The notes under the pieces are model-generated. The model ran no database searches. It was not told the DNA's origin and saw only the letters and a program-made list of their open reading frames with translations. A stretch of DNA of 64,000 bases from Cyanophora paradoxa CCMP329. Taxonomy: Eukaryota > Plantae > Glaucophyta. The DNA is taken from the NCBI GenBank assembly GCA_004431415.1, contig QPMI01000116.1, forward strand, positions 62,001 through 126,000. The letters are read 5' to 3'. A program made the position numbers and the translations under genes. How positions within the stretch are numbered: position 1 is the stretch's first letter; each line of letters begins with the position of its first letter. This document shows positions 22,928 to 34,915 of the stretch, in pieces.

Positions 22928-25900
22928 ATGAGGACGCGCTCCGGCCTCGTCGTGGGCCCACAGCAGGCAGCTCAGCCTGCTTCAACTGCAAAGCAATCAG
23001 GCAGGCTTCGCCCCCCGCCCCGGCTAGACCAATCTGCTCACACCGCCGCTAGCGACCGCAGCGCCATCCAGGGCGAAGGCCGAAGCAAAGTAATTGCATC
23101 TTCTCGCTCTTGTGCTTGTCCTGCATGCTGACTTGTGCCCGCAGACCTGCAATCGCCGCGTCGAAGCCAGCTGGAGCGCGGCCAGCCTCTGCCGCCAGCT
23201 CTGCACGCTCGGCGCGGGATGCTAGTAGCAACGCGAAGACGAAGACAGCCCCAGCTTCTGCCGCGCAACAGCAGCGCCGCTCGCATGAGGTTCGGCGGAA
23301 ATGGCCAGCTGGCTTTGCAAACCGATCGCTGATCCAGGCCCGGCAGGCCCAGGCCAGCGCGGAAGAGCGGCGCAGGTCCTCCGGGGAGAACAAGCAGGCA
23401 CAGTACGCACGCCTCCGCTTCCCTTGAAGCGCGCCCGCGATTCTCGAACCTTCGCGGCGCAGGCCGGCGGCTCCAGTGGTCACCCCGACGTTCGCCGCCT
23501 CGGTCGAGGCATCCGCGGCGGAGCTGGCGAAGCGATCCCAGCGCATGGCTCGCAAATCGATCGCAGTGAACGGTGCGGGACGGGACAGCGCCCAGCGCAT
23601 GTGGGGCACGGGCACGCTTACACGTGGCGCAGACACCCTGCTCCCCTTGCGGGAAGAGGCGGCGAGGCAGCAGCAGCATCAGCAGCAGGCGGCCTTGGAT
23701 TCGCAGGGCCACCTTTCACGCGCGGAGCTGTTGGAGCTGTGGAAGCGCCAGCGCGCCCAGCAGCCGCAGGCCGGCTGCCCCGGGGCCTCGGCGGCCCCCA
23801 GGAAGCCGGGCGAGCAGCCCAAGCGGCGGCCCGTCAACGCGGCCGCGCCGCTCGCATCCAAGCCCATCGCGCGCCCCGCACCCGCGGCCGCGGCCGCGGC
23901 CAAGCAGCCGGCGAAGCACGCGGCCCCGCCGCGGCCAAAGACGGCGGCGGCGGCGGCACCGGCGGCGCGCACGAGCCCCGCAGCCTCAGCGCGTCCGGCG
24001 GCGCCGGCAGCGGCGCCGGCCTCCCCAGCGTCCCCTATGACGCCTTCCACCCCGGGAGCCCCGCCGCCGCCTCATCCGCCTCGCCCCGCGCTCGCCCCCG
24101 GGGCGCACGTCGCCGGCCCCCGGCGCCGCCGCCGCGGCGGCCGTCGAGCGCGTGGTGCAGGCGAAGAAGGCGCAGCGCCGCACGTCCCGGTTCGCGCCCT
24201 ACTCGGTCCGCGTCTCCTGCGCGGCGGCGGCCGCGGCGCCCGACTCGCCGCCCCCGGCCTCGGTGGCCGCCGTGGCGGCCGCCCCGGCCCTCGCGCCCTT
24301 CCCCATCTTCGTCGCCCCGGCGCCGAAGCAGCAGGCCCGGCCCCGCAGGCCGCCCCGCCCCGCCCCGGCGCCGGCGCCAGCCCCGACGCCCGAGCCGCGG
24401 GCGGCGCCGGCCGTCCAGTTCGGATTTGCGTTCACGGACCCCGCGGCGGCCGCCGCCCGCGCCTCTCCGCCGCCACCTTCTCGTTCCCGACGCCCCGCGT
24501 GCGCTTCTTAACTTAAGCTTTGCATCTTTCCAAAACCGACCTCGGCTCGCTCGCAGCTGCCATCGTTCTCGTGCCCGTCGCCCGTGGCGGCGGCGCCCGT
24601 CGCCGGCTTCCGCTTCTCGCTGGCGCCCGTCCGGCCGCTGCGGGACGACTGGTCGGGCCTGGACTTCCTCGCCGGCGCCTACGCCGACGCCGACGGGCGC
24701 GCCTCGCTCGCCCGCCCCTCCACCGCCGCCCCGCCTCCGCCGCGAGGCCATCGACGGCGGCCAGCCCCGCCCGCGCCCCGAGCCCCGCACGGGCTCCGGC
24801 GGCGGTCCCGGCGCCCCGCCCCGCCCCCGCCTCGGCGCATGCTCCGGCAACCGCCCCGGCGACCGCCCCGGCATCTCGCCCCAGCACGGCTCCGGCCCCT
24901 GCAGCGGCGGCGGCAGCGGCCCCGCGTCTGAGCGCGGGTTTGGCCTCTGCGGCGACAGCGGCCCCGGCGTCGCGTCTGAGCACGGGCCCGGCCCCCGCCG
25001 CGCGCCCCAGCACGGGCCCGGCCCCCGCGCCGCGCGCCTCGCTCGGCCGGTCGCTGAGCCCCGCCGTGCGGCGCCCCTCGACTGTGGCGGTCGCCGCCAC
25101 GCCCACGCCGCCCCGCCGCGGCCCGGCCCCGCGCCAGCCCCGCCGCCCGCCGCTCCTCGGCGGCGGTCTTTGCGGAGGACAAGGAGAACGCGGCGCCCCC
25201 CGGAATCCCTTCGGCCCCTCCGGCGCTGGGGCCCGCCCCCGTCTTCACCCCGGGCTCCGCAGGCCTCCGCCGCTCCTCGGGCCGCGTCTCGGAGAAGGTC
25301 CCAGCCTCGCCGGCATCGCCGGCCGCGCCCGCCGAGGCCGCAGCCACGCCGCCCTCGACCGGCGGGCTCCGCCGCTCCTCGGCCCGCGTCAGCGTCAGCG
25401 TCCAGAAGCCCTCAACGACGACGGCCGCCGGCCCTCGCCCCAGCCTCGGCCCCGCCGCCCGCGTCGCCGCCAGCGTGTCCCCGTCCCCGGCCGCGCGGGC
25501 CCGCGCGGGGGGCCCGCGAGCTGGCGGGCCTGGCCACGTCCGGCACGCCCGGCAAGAAGGCGATCGAGGCGCCCCGCACGCCCTCCTCCTTCGTGGCTCT
25601 CGCCTCGGCCCGCGCCGGCCGCCGCGCCGCGGCCGAGCTGGGCTCGGACGTCGTCGTCACGCCCGTCCGGCGCTCGGGCCGCCTCTCCCTCACTCCGCGC
25701 CGCGGGGCCGGAGTCGAAGGGGACCAGGCCCTCGAGGCGGCGGGGTACGCCTACGCGCCCAACCGCGCCCTCGCGGGATCGAACCTGCAGCGCCCGCCGG
25801 CGCCGGCCTCGGCGCCGCGGCGCCGGCCGGGAGCACCGCGGCGGCCGCGGCCGGCTCAGCGGACTTTGCGACGCCGACGCGCCCCGCCGAGTCCCTCTTC

Positions 25901-26639
25901 CGACTCGACGAGCCCTCCCGCCCCAGTGCGCCCTCCGCACTCCGCTGCGCGCGTTTTCCGCCCTAACTCCTCCGCAGAGTCGCGGCCACGACTCCCCCGG
26001 CCGCGGCCGCGGCGGCGGCGGCGCCCCCGGCCCCTCGACGCCGGCGCCGACGCCGACGCCGGCGGCTTCCGCCTCTCGCACTACCTCTCCCAGGCCGCCG
26101 CGACTGCGGTGGCGCCCGCCGCCCCGGGCCCCGCCTTCGCCGCCCCCGCCGCCCCGGCCGCCGCCTCCTGCTCGCCCTTCGACGAGGACCCGGCCTCGGT
26201 CATCTTCGCCGAGATTGACACCTCCCCGGACCGGCGAGTTGTTAACTTCTTATTTCTTCTAACTCTAGCTTAACTTTAATAAATCGGTTCTTAGCTGTTC
26301 TAACTTATTCTTATCTGTTCTAATCTGTTCTTAACTTGACTCTTACTGTTCTCAAGCTTCTCGTTCTTATTTTTATGTTCTCGCAGGCCGACGTCCTCGG
26401 TCCTCCCGTGGGCGGAGCCTGGCCGGCCGCCCGTCCCCGCCTTCCCGTTCTCGACGGCGCCCTCGCCGGCCCCGGCGCGCGCCCCCCCGGCGACCCTCCC
26501 GGTGGACCCCTCATTTTCAGCGTTTGCGCCGCCGCCGGAACGGACGCCGCCCGTGCGGCGCCCGCCGGCTGGGCGCCCGGGGGCCTGGGGCGGGGCCGGC
26601 ATCACCCGCCTCAGCGACCGCCTCCTCATGAGCCCCTGA
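22928..26639 (+). CDS. Ala/Pro-rich disordered protein, CKAP2-like motifs (probable microtubule/spindle protein)
   Basis: MRTRSG start, RAELLELWKRQR, KEN box (EDKENA, 25181-25189), VVVTPVRRSGRLS...YAYAPNRAL. The reading frame switches in GC-rich tracts, so the model and 3' end are approximate. Confidence 0.5.
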
Positions 26640-27240
26640 TCGCGGCGCAGCGTGCAGCTTAGATCTAGATCTAGAGTTCTAGTGGTAGGATCCGATCCGG
26701 ATTCGCAATGCAGCGGAGCCATGAAGTTGTACACACATACGCGGCTTTGCCCCAGCCGGACCGTGTTCGAGCTTGTATACGTACGCATGGCCGGGGGAAA
26801 CGCTGCAGCTGCATCGGTATCTGGCCGGCGCCCCGTGGGCTCTTTTGAAGAGGCATGCAAGGCTTGAGGAGCGGCTGAGCGCTAGCAGGCCGCCGGGCAC
26901 CGTGGCACGTGCACTGCAGCTGCACCTGCGGCGGATCATGATCATGAGGGGCGCACTGCGCATGCGGCACCCACAACAACTCAAAAATTTTTCAAAAGTT
27001 TTAAAGTGCCAGACTCTGAGAGTGAACTCAGTGCACGTGGAATGATCGCAATGCCTCCGAGGCTCGCCCGGACCGCGGCCCTGACGGGGGGACAGCTGGC
27101 GCTGATCATGATATCGAGGCTTTTTAGGGGGCATGCAAGCTAGGGGCAGGTGGGGCAAGGCATCCAAGAGCTAACACAAAATGAACTGAGAGATACACAT
27201 GCACTACTAGGCTACCAAAAGCTGTCATAATTAGCTAAGG

Positions 27241-29490
27241 CTACTCGATCTCGAGGGCGCGGGCGGCCATCGCCAGGGCCCCCTCCCGCGTCTTGTTGCC
27301 CCCGATGAACCCGCCGGCGTGCACGAAGACGCACCCGGGTACGCCCGACGCGGCGCTCAGCGCGTCGTCGCGCAGGCCCCGCCACGCCGCCGGCAGCGAC
27401 CGCCGGTTCTCGAACCCGCTGTCCCGCAGAGGCACGCACTGTACCCGCCTGCCGGACGCAGAAGGTCGGCTCGAGGGGGGGTAGAGGGAGGGGGGGAAGC
27501 AGTTGGGGGCGGGTACCAGGAGCCGTTCGTGTCGGCGTACAGAACGTACTTGATGGACGGCTGCGCAATGGGAGGTGAGGGGGGAGGAGTCGGTTGGGGG
27601 TACGGGTGCGAAGCCCGGGCGGGCGGGGCCGCGCACGTTCACTTTCAGCTCCTCTTCCAGCGTGAACAAGTGGTCCTGAGGGGGGAGTCAGTGGCAAAGA
27701 ACCAGAGAGGGGGGAGAAGAAGGAGGGGGGTAGGGGGTACGCGCCTTCCAGGGGCAGAAGTTCTCGAGGAGCGCGATCTCGCCGGAGGGGTGTACCCCGT
27801 GCCGGCCCTTCACCGCAGCCTCCACCAGGTCCCGGGCCGGGAGCCAGCTCTGCCGGGGGGGGGGTACAGGGTTCGGCCCGGAAGGGTGGTGGGAATGGGG
27901 CGGAAAGGGGTACGGGGCACCTCGCCGTAGTACTGGACGGTCTCGACGAACTCGGCCCCGGCGGTCTCCATCGCCTTCCGGAACTGGGCCTACCCCTCCC
28001 GGAGGTAAGCGGGGTAGGGGGGTACGGGATTCTTTGACTTAGGGGGTACGCGCCATGAGGGCTGCGTCGTCAGCGGGCTTGTTCCAGGCGGGGTTCAGCT
28101 TCCCGACGCGGGCGGAGAGGTCTGCGGGGGCCCCGGTTCAGATCCCGGCGCGACCTGTTCTGGCTCCTCTAGCTAGCTGACTGACTATAAGCCTCTTGGA
28201 AGCTGTCCCCCCACTTATACTAGCGGGAGGGAGGCGGGGGAGGCAGGGGGGAGGGGGGGGGGAGGAGGAGGAGGGGTAATGTGAGAGGGGGGGGTACGGC
28301 GCGCCGGTGGTGATGCGGTAGCGCGGGGGCAGCGACGAGTCGTACTGGGCGACCCCGTTGTCGATCGCGTCGATCCCCTCCACGAAGTTCTGAGGCGCGC
28401 CAGGGGGCGGGGGGCGGTCAGCCCTACAATCTTGACGAACTTGGTTGCGATCTAATCGAAGTCTTAGGCCCTCGGGGCCGGGGGGCGATCGAATTCAGCT
28501 CTGACGGCCTTCAGGAACTCGTGCGATCTAATTTGATCTAACCACGAAGTGAGGTGGCCTTCGCTTAGGAGATTATAATTAGAAGAGACGGCTAGATTAT
28601 AATTAGAAGGAATCCCTGGGGCTTAGAATCTTACTACAATCTTAGAAAGAAGGAGGAGACGGGGCGGAACTTTGAACCCTCGGCGCGGCCCGCCCCGCCT
28701 CTGCCCCGATCGGCTCCGATCGCACCTGGTACACCTTGTGGAAGAGGGCCTCGGTCTTCTCGGGCGGCGTGCTCAGCAGGTTCTCGATGATCTCGCGCCC
28801 TGTGCAAGGGATGGCTCAGAAGACGGGCGGACGAAGAAGGGGCGGGGCGGGCGGGCGCTCTGGCGCACCGAAGTGCTTGTAGACGAGCCCGGCGGACGAG
28901 AGCTTCGTCTCGTAGCCCTCGAGCTTCCCCGTGAACTCGCGCTGGCCGCGGAGAAGGCGGTCAGCCGGTGGGCGAAGCGGACGCGTGCCGCGGGCGCCGG
29001 GCTCCACCTGGTGGTGGTCGTAGCGGTGCGTGGCGGGGTCGTACACGCTGCGCGAGGGCGGCCGCATCGTCAGCTGGCCGCCAACGCTGGAGACACGGCG
29101 CGGGGCACGCGAACCCGCCGACGTCGACGACGACGTCGCACGTCTTCAGCACCTCCGGATCGCGCGAGCGCACGACCTCTGCGGCGCCTGCGCTCAGGGC
29201 GGCGGGCGAGAGCAGCGCCGCACGCCCGCACCGGCATCCTTGAAGGACTTCGTGAGCTTGAGCAAGAAGCAGGCCAGCGCCTCATCGCAGTGGAAGGTGC
29301 CGTTATGCGTCCCGATGAGCGTCATGCTGATGCGCGTCGTCGAGAAGCTCGCAGTGAACCAGCGGGGACTTGCTGGGGAGCGCGGCTTGAACGGGGCCGG
29401 CCGGAAGGGAGATGCGAGTGCGAGCCGCGATACTCGAGGTGCCGCCCGGCCCGCGCTGAAAACTGAAGCGGTACAGACTGCTGAAAACAT
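27241..29490 (-). CDS. MYG1: MYG1 3'-5' RNA exonuclease (UPF0160) with organellar presequence
   Basis: IGTHNGTFHCDEALA, RSRDP, DVVVDVGG, RYDHHQ, KLSSAGLVYKHFG, IDAIDNG, WRGLRD, VFVHAGGFIGGN; Arg/Ser/Ala-rich extension before the internal MTLIG. Confidence 0.93.
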
Positions 29491-30057
29491 ACGCGGCTGT
29501 ACCACCGTCTCACGCGCGTACCCCTCGACCGCGAGCTTCGGAGCTCCAGCCCAACAGCGGCAGCGCCGGGAGCATCAGGTGCACGCGATCCACTTTGCAC
29601 CTATCCGTTTGAACTTGCCAGGCTTTAATGCACCGAGCAGCTTTTCGAACCGAGGAGATGGCGGCGGCGGCGGCGGCGGCGGCAGCCGCGGCGTCGGCAG
29701 ACGACAGCATAAACAAGGCTCTCCAGGTTCCGAGCAATGCGTTCAGGCTGGTGCGTGCTATTGCGGTTTGCGTACGTGTTAGCCAATGCTCTCCTCGGAC
29801 AACGGAAGACGGCCCTGTGACGCGGTCGCCAGCGATATCACTCTCACAACCTTGGTTTAGCTGAAAAAGACAGAGCCGGGGCACTCCTCTCGTTTGAAGA
29901 GCCACTGATCATGAACGCGGCTCTTGCAGACGCCGGACATGGATAGGGGGAAGCGATCAATGGAGAGAGAGATCGGCACAGGCCTCAAAGACAGTGCGTA
30001 CAACCCTGCCCGGCTCGCAAGTTAACAGTCGCAACCTGCAGCAATCGATCCGCATCA

Positions 30058-30873
30058 ATGAGGCTGACCAACGCCACGCTCGCGGCCCTCGCAGAGCTGA
30101 AGGAAGAGCAGGATCGCTTCAACGAAATGAAGAGGGAAATCGGCGCCGAGCATGAGCGGCGAAAGTCGGTTGATGCCCAGCGGACCTCGCTGGATCGAAC
30201 GAGGAAGAGCTTGGAGCGGGTAACGCGCGCTCAGTCTGCCCTGGTGAGCGTCCCCCCTCGCCTTCCTTCCTTTTCTCGGCCTTTCGCATCTGTTTTCGCG
30301 AAGTGACGCGCCCCGTGAACTCTAACAGGACGGCGACTTGGAAGGGGAAGGTGCGCGGCGCGCCGGGACGCTTCGCGCTGCTGCGCTGAGCTTCTGCGCG
30401 CGCGGCAGGGTACATTTACGACCCGGCGTTCCACATGGGCGGGCTGCAGAACTTTGCGCGGCACTGGACGCAGGCGAAGCAGCTGCGCTGCGACAAGGAC
30501 GGCCTGTACGACGTGACGGGCGGCAAGCGCGAGCTCCTCTTCATGCTCCATGACGTCTACGAGATCAAGAACAAGAGCTACCCGCGGCACGCCTTCTGCT
30601 TCGCGGTGCGCTCGCGTTCTCCCCCTTTCTTTCTTCCTTCCCGTTCTTACGTACGCCCTTCTTTCTTAGGTGAAGATCCACCACCCGCACGGCGTGACGA
30701 CCAAGGGCGCCAACAAGTACGCATTCGGGTTCGACGAGAAGCCGTTCCACGAGTACGCTCCTCGGATTCGATCGAATTCGAATTCGAATTCGATCCGCTC
30801 GCTGACACCGGCTCCCGCCAGCCATCTCATGGAGCGCATCATTGCCAAGAAGCGCTCCGCCTCCAGCCACTGA
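30058..30873 (+). CDS. Small protein with N-terminal coiled coil and possible PH-like domain
   Basis: Spliced exons: MRLTNA..ELKEEQDRFNEMKRE, LEGE-GYIYD, HAFCFA-VKIHH, KYAFGFDE, and a C-terminal helix HLMERIIAKK; the PH call rests on this pattern only. Confidence 0.55.
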
Positions 30874-31262
30874 GGCGGTGGATTGGGCGCCTGAGTTGTT
30901 TGTGCGCATTCCACGCGGAGGACTTTCAAGAAGTAGATCCGGCCGGTACTCGTAGTGTTCCCATTCGTAGCGTTTGCGTTTCGCGTGCATTTTCGATGGG
31001 GCGCGAGGCTCGCCCGTCAGCCCGGCCTTTCGTAGGGCGAAAGGCGTTTATAGAGTTTAAGAAGGAACTTGTCACAGCGTAGGAGCGACGCATAATGAAC
31101 CTTTCTACCAAATATAATCGTGCTGAGCTCGAAGCGTGTGAATTCACGGTCGACGTCATGATCAATCTGATCCGTACACCAGGCGCTAGCAATGACCTTA
31201 ATGTTGCACCGGACTAGCTAGCTTATAGGTAGCGCTTACCATAGCCCACGCCGGGCCTTTTC

Positions 31263-33592
31263 TTAGTAGGCGTCGCCCAGGCCCATGCCGAAATCGGCGT
31301 CGTCGTCGTCGTTGTGCACGATCCCCAGGTCGAGGGGCTGAGGCGGAGCTCGAGGGGCCGGGCGCCGCGCCGGCGGCGGCGGCGGCGCAGGCCGCGGCCC
31401 GCGGTCGGCGCCGGCGTCGGCAGCGGGGCTCGGGGGCGCCGGAGAGCCCGTTAGGATCTCGCGGATCGAGCGGAGGCCGGAGCGCCCCTGGGGCGACCCC
31501 GGGCGGCCGCCCTGCGCGTACCCCCTGTGGGGCGTCCCGTACGGCTGCTGATGCTGCTGAGGGCGGGGCCGGCGCTCGGGGGCTCCGGAGTAGTGGCCGG
31601 CCTGCGCGGGGCGGGCGCGCTGGTAGCCCCCGGGGGAGGAGACGCGGGGGGGCTCGCCCGGGGTACGAGGAGGGGGCGGGGGGGCGCCGCCGGGCCGGCC
31701 TTGGTAGGAGGGAGAGCCGTAGGACGAAGAGCCGTACCCCTGCCGGGGCGAGCCCGGCGCGGGAGAGCCGTACCCCTGCCGGGGCGAGCCCGGCGCGGGA
31801 GAGCCGTACCCCTGCCGGGGCGAGCCCGGCGCGGGAGAGCCATACCCCTGCCGGGGCGAGCCCGGCGCGGGAGAGCCGTACCCCTGCCGGGGCGATCCCG
31901 GCGCGGGAGAGCCGTACCCCTGCCGGGGCGAGCCTGGCGCGGGAGAGCCGTACCCCTGCCGGGGCGAGCCCGGCGCGGGAGAGCCGTACCCCTGCCGGGG
32001 CGAGCCCGGAGAGCCGTACCCCCCGGACGGCTGGGAGGGGGAGGTGGGGGAGCCGCCGCGGGGCCACGAGGGGGAGGGGGTACGCCGCTGTTCCGAGGGC
32101 TGCGAGAGCGGAAGGATCAGCCGGCGGCGGGGTAGAGGCAGAAGAGAAAGAGGGGTACAGACCGCCCAGAAGCGTTCCCGGGGAGGGGGCGGATCGCCCG
32201 AGAGCGGAGAGGACCCGCGGCGGCCGAAGGGCGAGCCGGGGGCGGACCCGTAGGGGTCCCGGGGGGTACGCGGACGCAGGAAGGAGGACGGGAGTGCCGA
32301 TTCGGGCTGCGGGGGGGCGTAGCGGCCCGGGTGGGAGCGGGGGTACAGGGATCCCGAGAGGGGCGACGGGGCGGGGGGGGGCGAAGGGGAGCGGGGGGCC
32401 CCGAAGAAGCGCTCCAGGGTCGCCGCGTCGTACCCCCCCTCCTCGCCGCCGCCGCCGCCGCCGCCGGTCTCGGCCCCCGCCGAGGCCGGGGGCGGGGCCT
32501 GTGCCCTGGGGCGGTGGAGCCGGCGGCGCCGGCGCCGGCGCCGGCGCCCCGGGCCCCGCCCACACGGGCCTCGCCGGCGCGGAACAGAGTGGAAAGGCTT
32601 GCGTAGACCGACCCGTCCGCCGCGGCGCCCTCCGGAGGCCGCAATGCGGAGACGTACGACCCGGCGGGCCGAGGCCGCCCCGGCGGCGGCGCCTGCTCCG
32701 GGCCCGCGCGCTCGTACCCCGGGCTCGAGATGCGTGTACCCCCGATCTCGGGGGCCAGCGGGGCCGGGGCCGGGGCCGGGAACTCCTGCCCGTCGGGTCC
32801 CAGAACCTCCTCGTCCGAAAGCGACAAATCCAGCACCCGCTCGTCCAGCCCAAGCATCTGAGATCAAATCATCAGATGAGATCAGATCGGATCAGATCAG
32901 ATCGAATCTGATCTGATCCTACCTGGGCCGCGGCAGCGTCGACGGCCTCCTGGGCGGCCCGGAGGCCGGCCGCGTCGAGGGCGGGCCAGGGCGGGGCGGC
33001 CGCCTCCCCGTCCCCCTCTTCCAGGGAGGGACTCGGCCCCTGCCGCGCCCGCCGCGCCGCCGCGTCGAAGACCTCGTAGCAGGCCAGCACTCGCTCGTTC
33101 ACGTCGAACGCCTGCGCCGAAAGTAAGAGGGGGCGGGGGGGGGGGGGGGGGGGGGGGGAGGGGAGGATGACGCGCGTCGTGGGTGCCGCGGCGGGGCGGG
33201 GCGGGTGCCGGTCTCCCCCCCGGTCCCGGTCGTGTCCCCCTGAGCGCCATGGCCCGTTCCGCACGGCGGGGAGCGCAGCCGCTGCGGCCAGCCCCATGGT
33301 GCTCATCGGCGGGGCGCTCGCCTGCCGCCAACGGACCCGCTTCAGCTTCTCCTCCTTCCTTTTAACAGCTTTGAGGGGTACGCGAGCGAGCGAGCGCTCG
33401 CACCGGGGAAAGCTCGAGTAGGTCTCTCGGTCCATCCCCCCCCTCCCCCTCCTCATCGTCCCCGCCCGCCTCGATGACGGCCCGCAGCTCGGAGCCGGCC
33501 TCGTCGCGGATCGTCAGCGCGGCCGCGCGGGGCGACGAGGCCAGGGGCGCGACCTGCGTGCGGGGCGGGCAAAGTTTCGGCGAAGTTTCAGT

Positions 33593-33626
<34 letters not shown>

Positions 33627-34675
33627 AGAGAGCGCTCGAACCTCGACGCGCTTGGCGGGCTTGTCGCCGGGGAGGAAGGAGGGGGGTAGAGGACTGTACC
33701 GGGGGCGGAGGGGGGCGGCCTTGCGCGCGCGGCGGGCGGCGGGGCGGGGGCGGGGCGGCGGCGGCGGCGCGGGCCGCGGCGGCCGCGAGGATGTCGCGAG
33801 CGACTCGCGCCGAAGCGCCGAGCGAAGGACCCTTGCCGGCCGCGCCCGCCGCTCTCGCGGCGGAGGGGGGTACCGCCTCCCCGTCCTTTCCAGGCGCCTC
33901 GGCGTGTTCGGCGGAGGCGGCGGCTGCGGGAGCTCGCCGGCGGGGGGTACGGGGGGCGGGTGGCTGCGGGGCCCCCGCCTCCTCCGCCTTGGGCCGCTCG
34001 GGGCTCGCAGCAGCAGCCAGGACGTCTGCGATGGCCGAAAACGGCGCCGGCGGGGCGCGCGCGGGCGCCTGCGCTTGCGCATGTGTGCGGCGGCGGCGGC
34101 GGAGTTAGCAGGTGCACGCGGTGCGCGGAGCGAGCGGGCGGCTGGGCGCAGGGGCGGCGCGCCTCTTCTGTTTGACCCGCGGTGCTGCGCGTTGATCGGG
34201 CTCGCCGCGGCTTAGGGGCCGCGTCGGCTGCTGCCGCCGCATCCGCCGCCGCGGGCGCTGGAACCTTCCGAGGGCGGCCTCTCTTCTTCGGGGCGGGAGC
34301 TGGCTCGCCTTCTCCAGCGGGCGGATCGGCAGCGGGACCGTCCGCTGTTGCCAGCGTCACGTGAAACGTTCGCGCGCGGCGAAGGAGCGCTAGCCCCGGC
34401 ACGCAGCCGACAAGCCGGAATCGACGCCTGCGCTCGAGATGTCAGAGGGGGTGGAATCGGGGGGCATTAGGTAGGGCTGGCGTGCTGTGCGCGCGGCGGA
34501 GCGGGGCGCGGGCGCACGATCCGAAGATCGCGCTCTCTGATGAGGTCCAAGCCCGGCTGGAGTCGCCCTTTGAGGCGAGCGGTACGCTGGACGGTCTGAG
34601 CACTCCGAACGTCGGTGCGCGCGCAGCGGGCCACGCCACACCAGGCCCGGCGAACATCGCGCCGGGAGATAACAT
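31263..34675 (-). CDS. Probably plastid-targeted disordered protein with AT-hook-like motif and YGSPAPGSPRQG repeats
   Basis: Spliced N-terminus M(LSPGAM)FAGPGVAWPAARAPTFG..FGSRRFRL..RRARTFHVTLA (transit-peptide-like), then PAPKKRGRPRK; repeat block; acidic end DDDDADFGMGLGDAY stop. Confidence 0.6.
31729..32020 (-). repeat. 36-bp coding tandem repeat, 7 full copies plus truncated copies
   Basis: gagccgtacccctgccggggcgagcccggcgcggga at 31729, 31765, 31801 ... 31945, then a shortened unit at 31981. Confidence 0.95.
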
Positions 34676-34915
34676 CGTTGTGGCCCAGGCACGAAGCCGT
34701 ACGCCGAGGCTTGCTGCTGGGATGCTCGAGCACGTGAAAGAGCAGCAGGCTGTGGAATGATCGCCGAAGGGCGTCAGTATCGCGCAACACACTTGTACCC
34801 GTCTTCACCTTCGCGGGAGTTCTGCCACAAGTTCTGTGACGGTCTGTACGTCTAGCTGTACTATCACACAACACAGCATTAGCACACGATCACGTACGGT
34901 CGAGCATAGGCGTCA

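Noticed and set aside
24000-26100. Programmed frameshifting or pseudogenisation in GC-rich exons (also the LPA1 tail and the cyclase tail)
   Set aside because: Frame switches fall in C/G homopolymer-rich tracts where sequencing indels or unrecognised small introns are the simpler explanation; cannot be resolved without reads.
23301-26273. 990-aa ORF, and other long Arg/Pro/Gly-rich ORFs (2766-4442, 31198-32853, 38177-39838), as real proteins
   Set aside because: Largely shadow or mixed frames caused by high GC and stop-codon scarcity; the real exons switch frames across introns.
31729-32020. 36-bp repeats as a CRISPR array
   Set aside because: The units are contiguous with no unique spacers, are in frame in a coding exon, and no cas genes are present.
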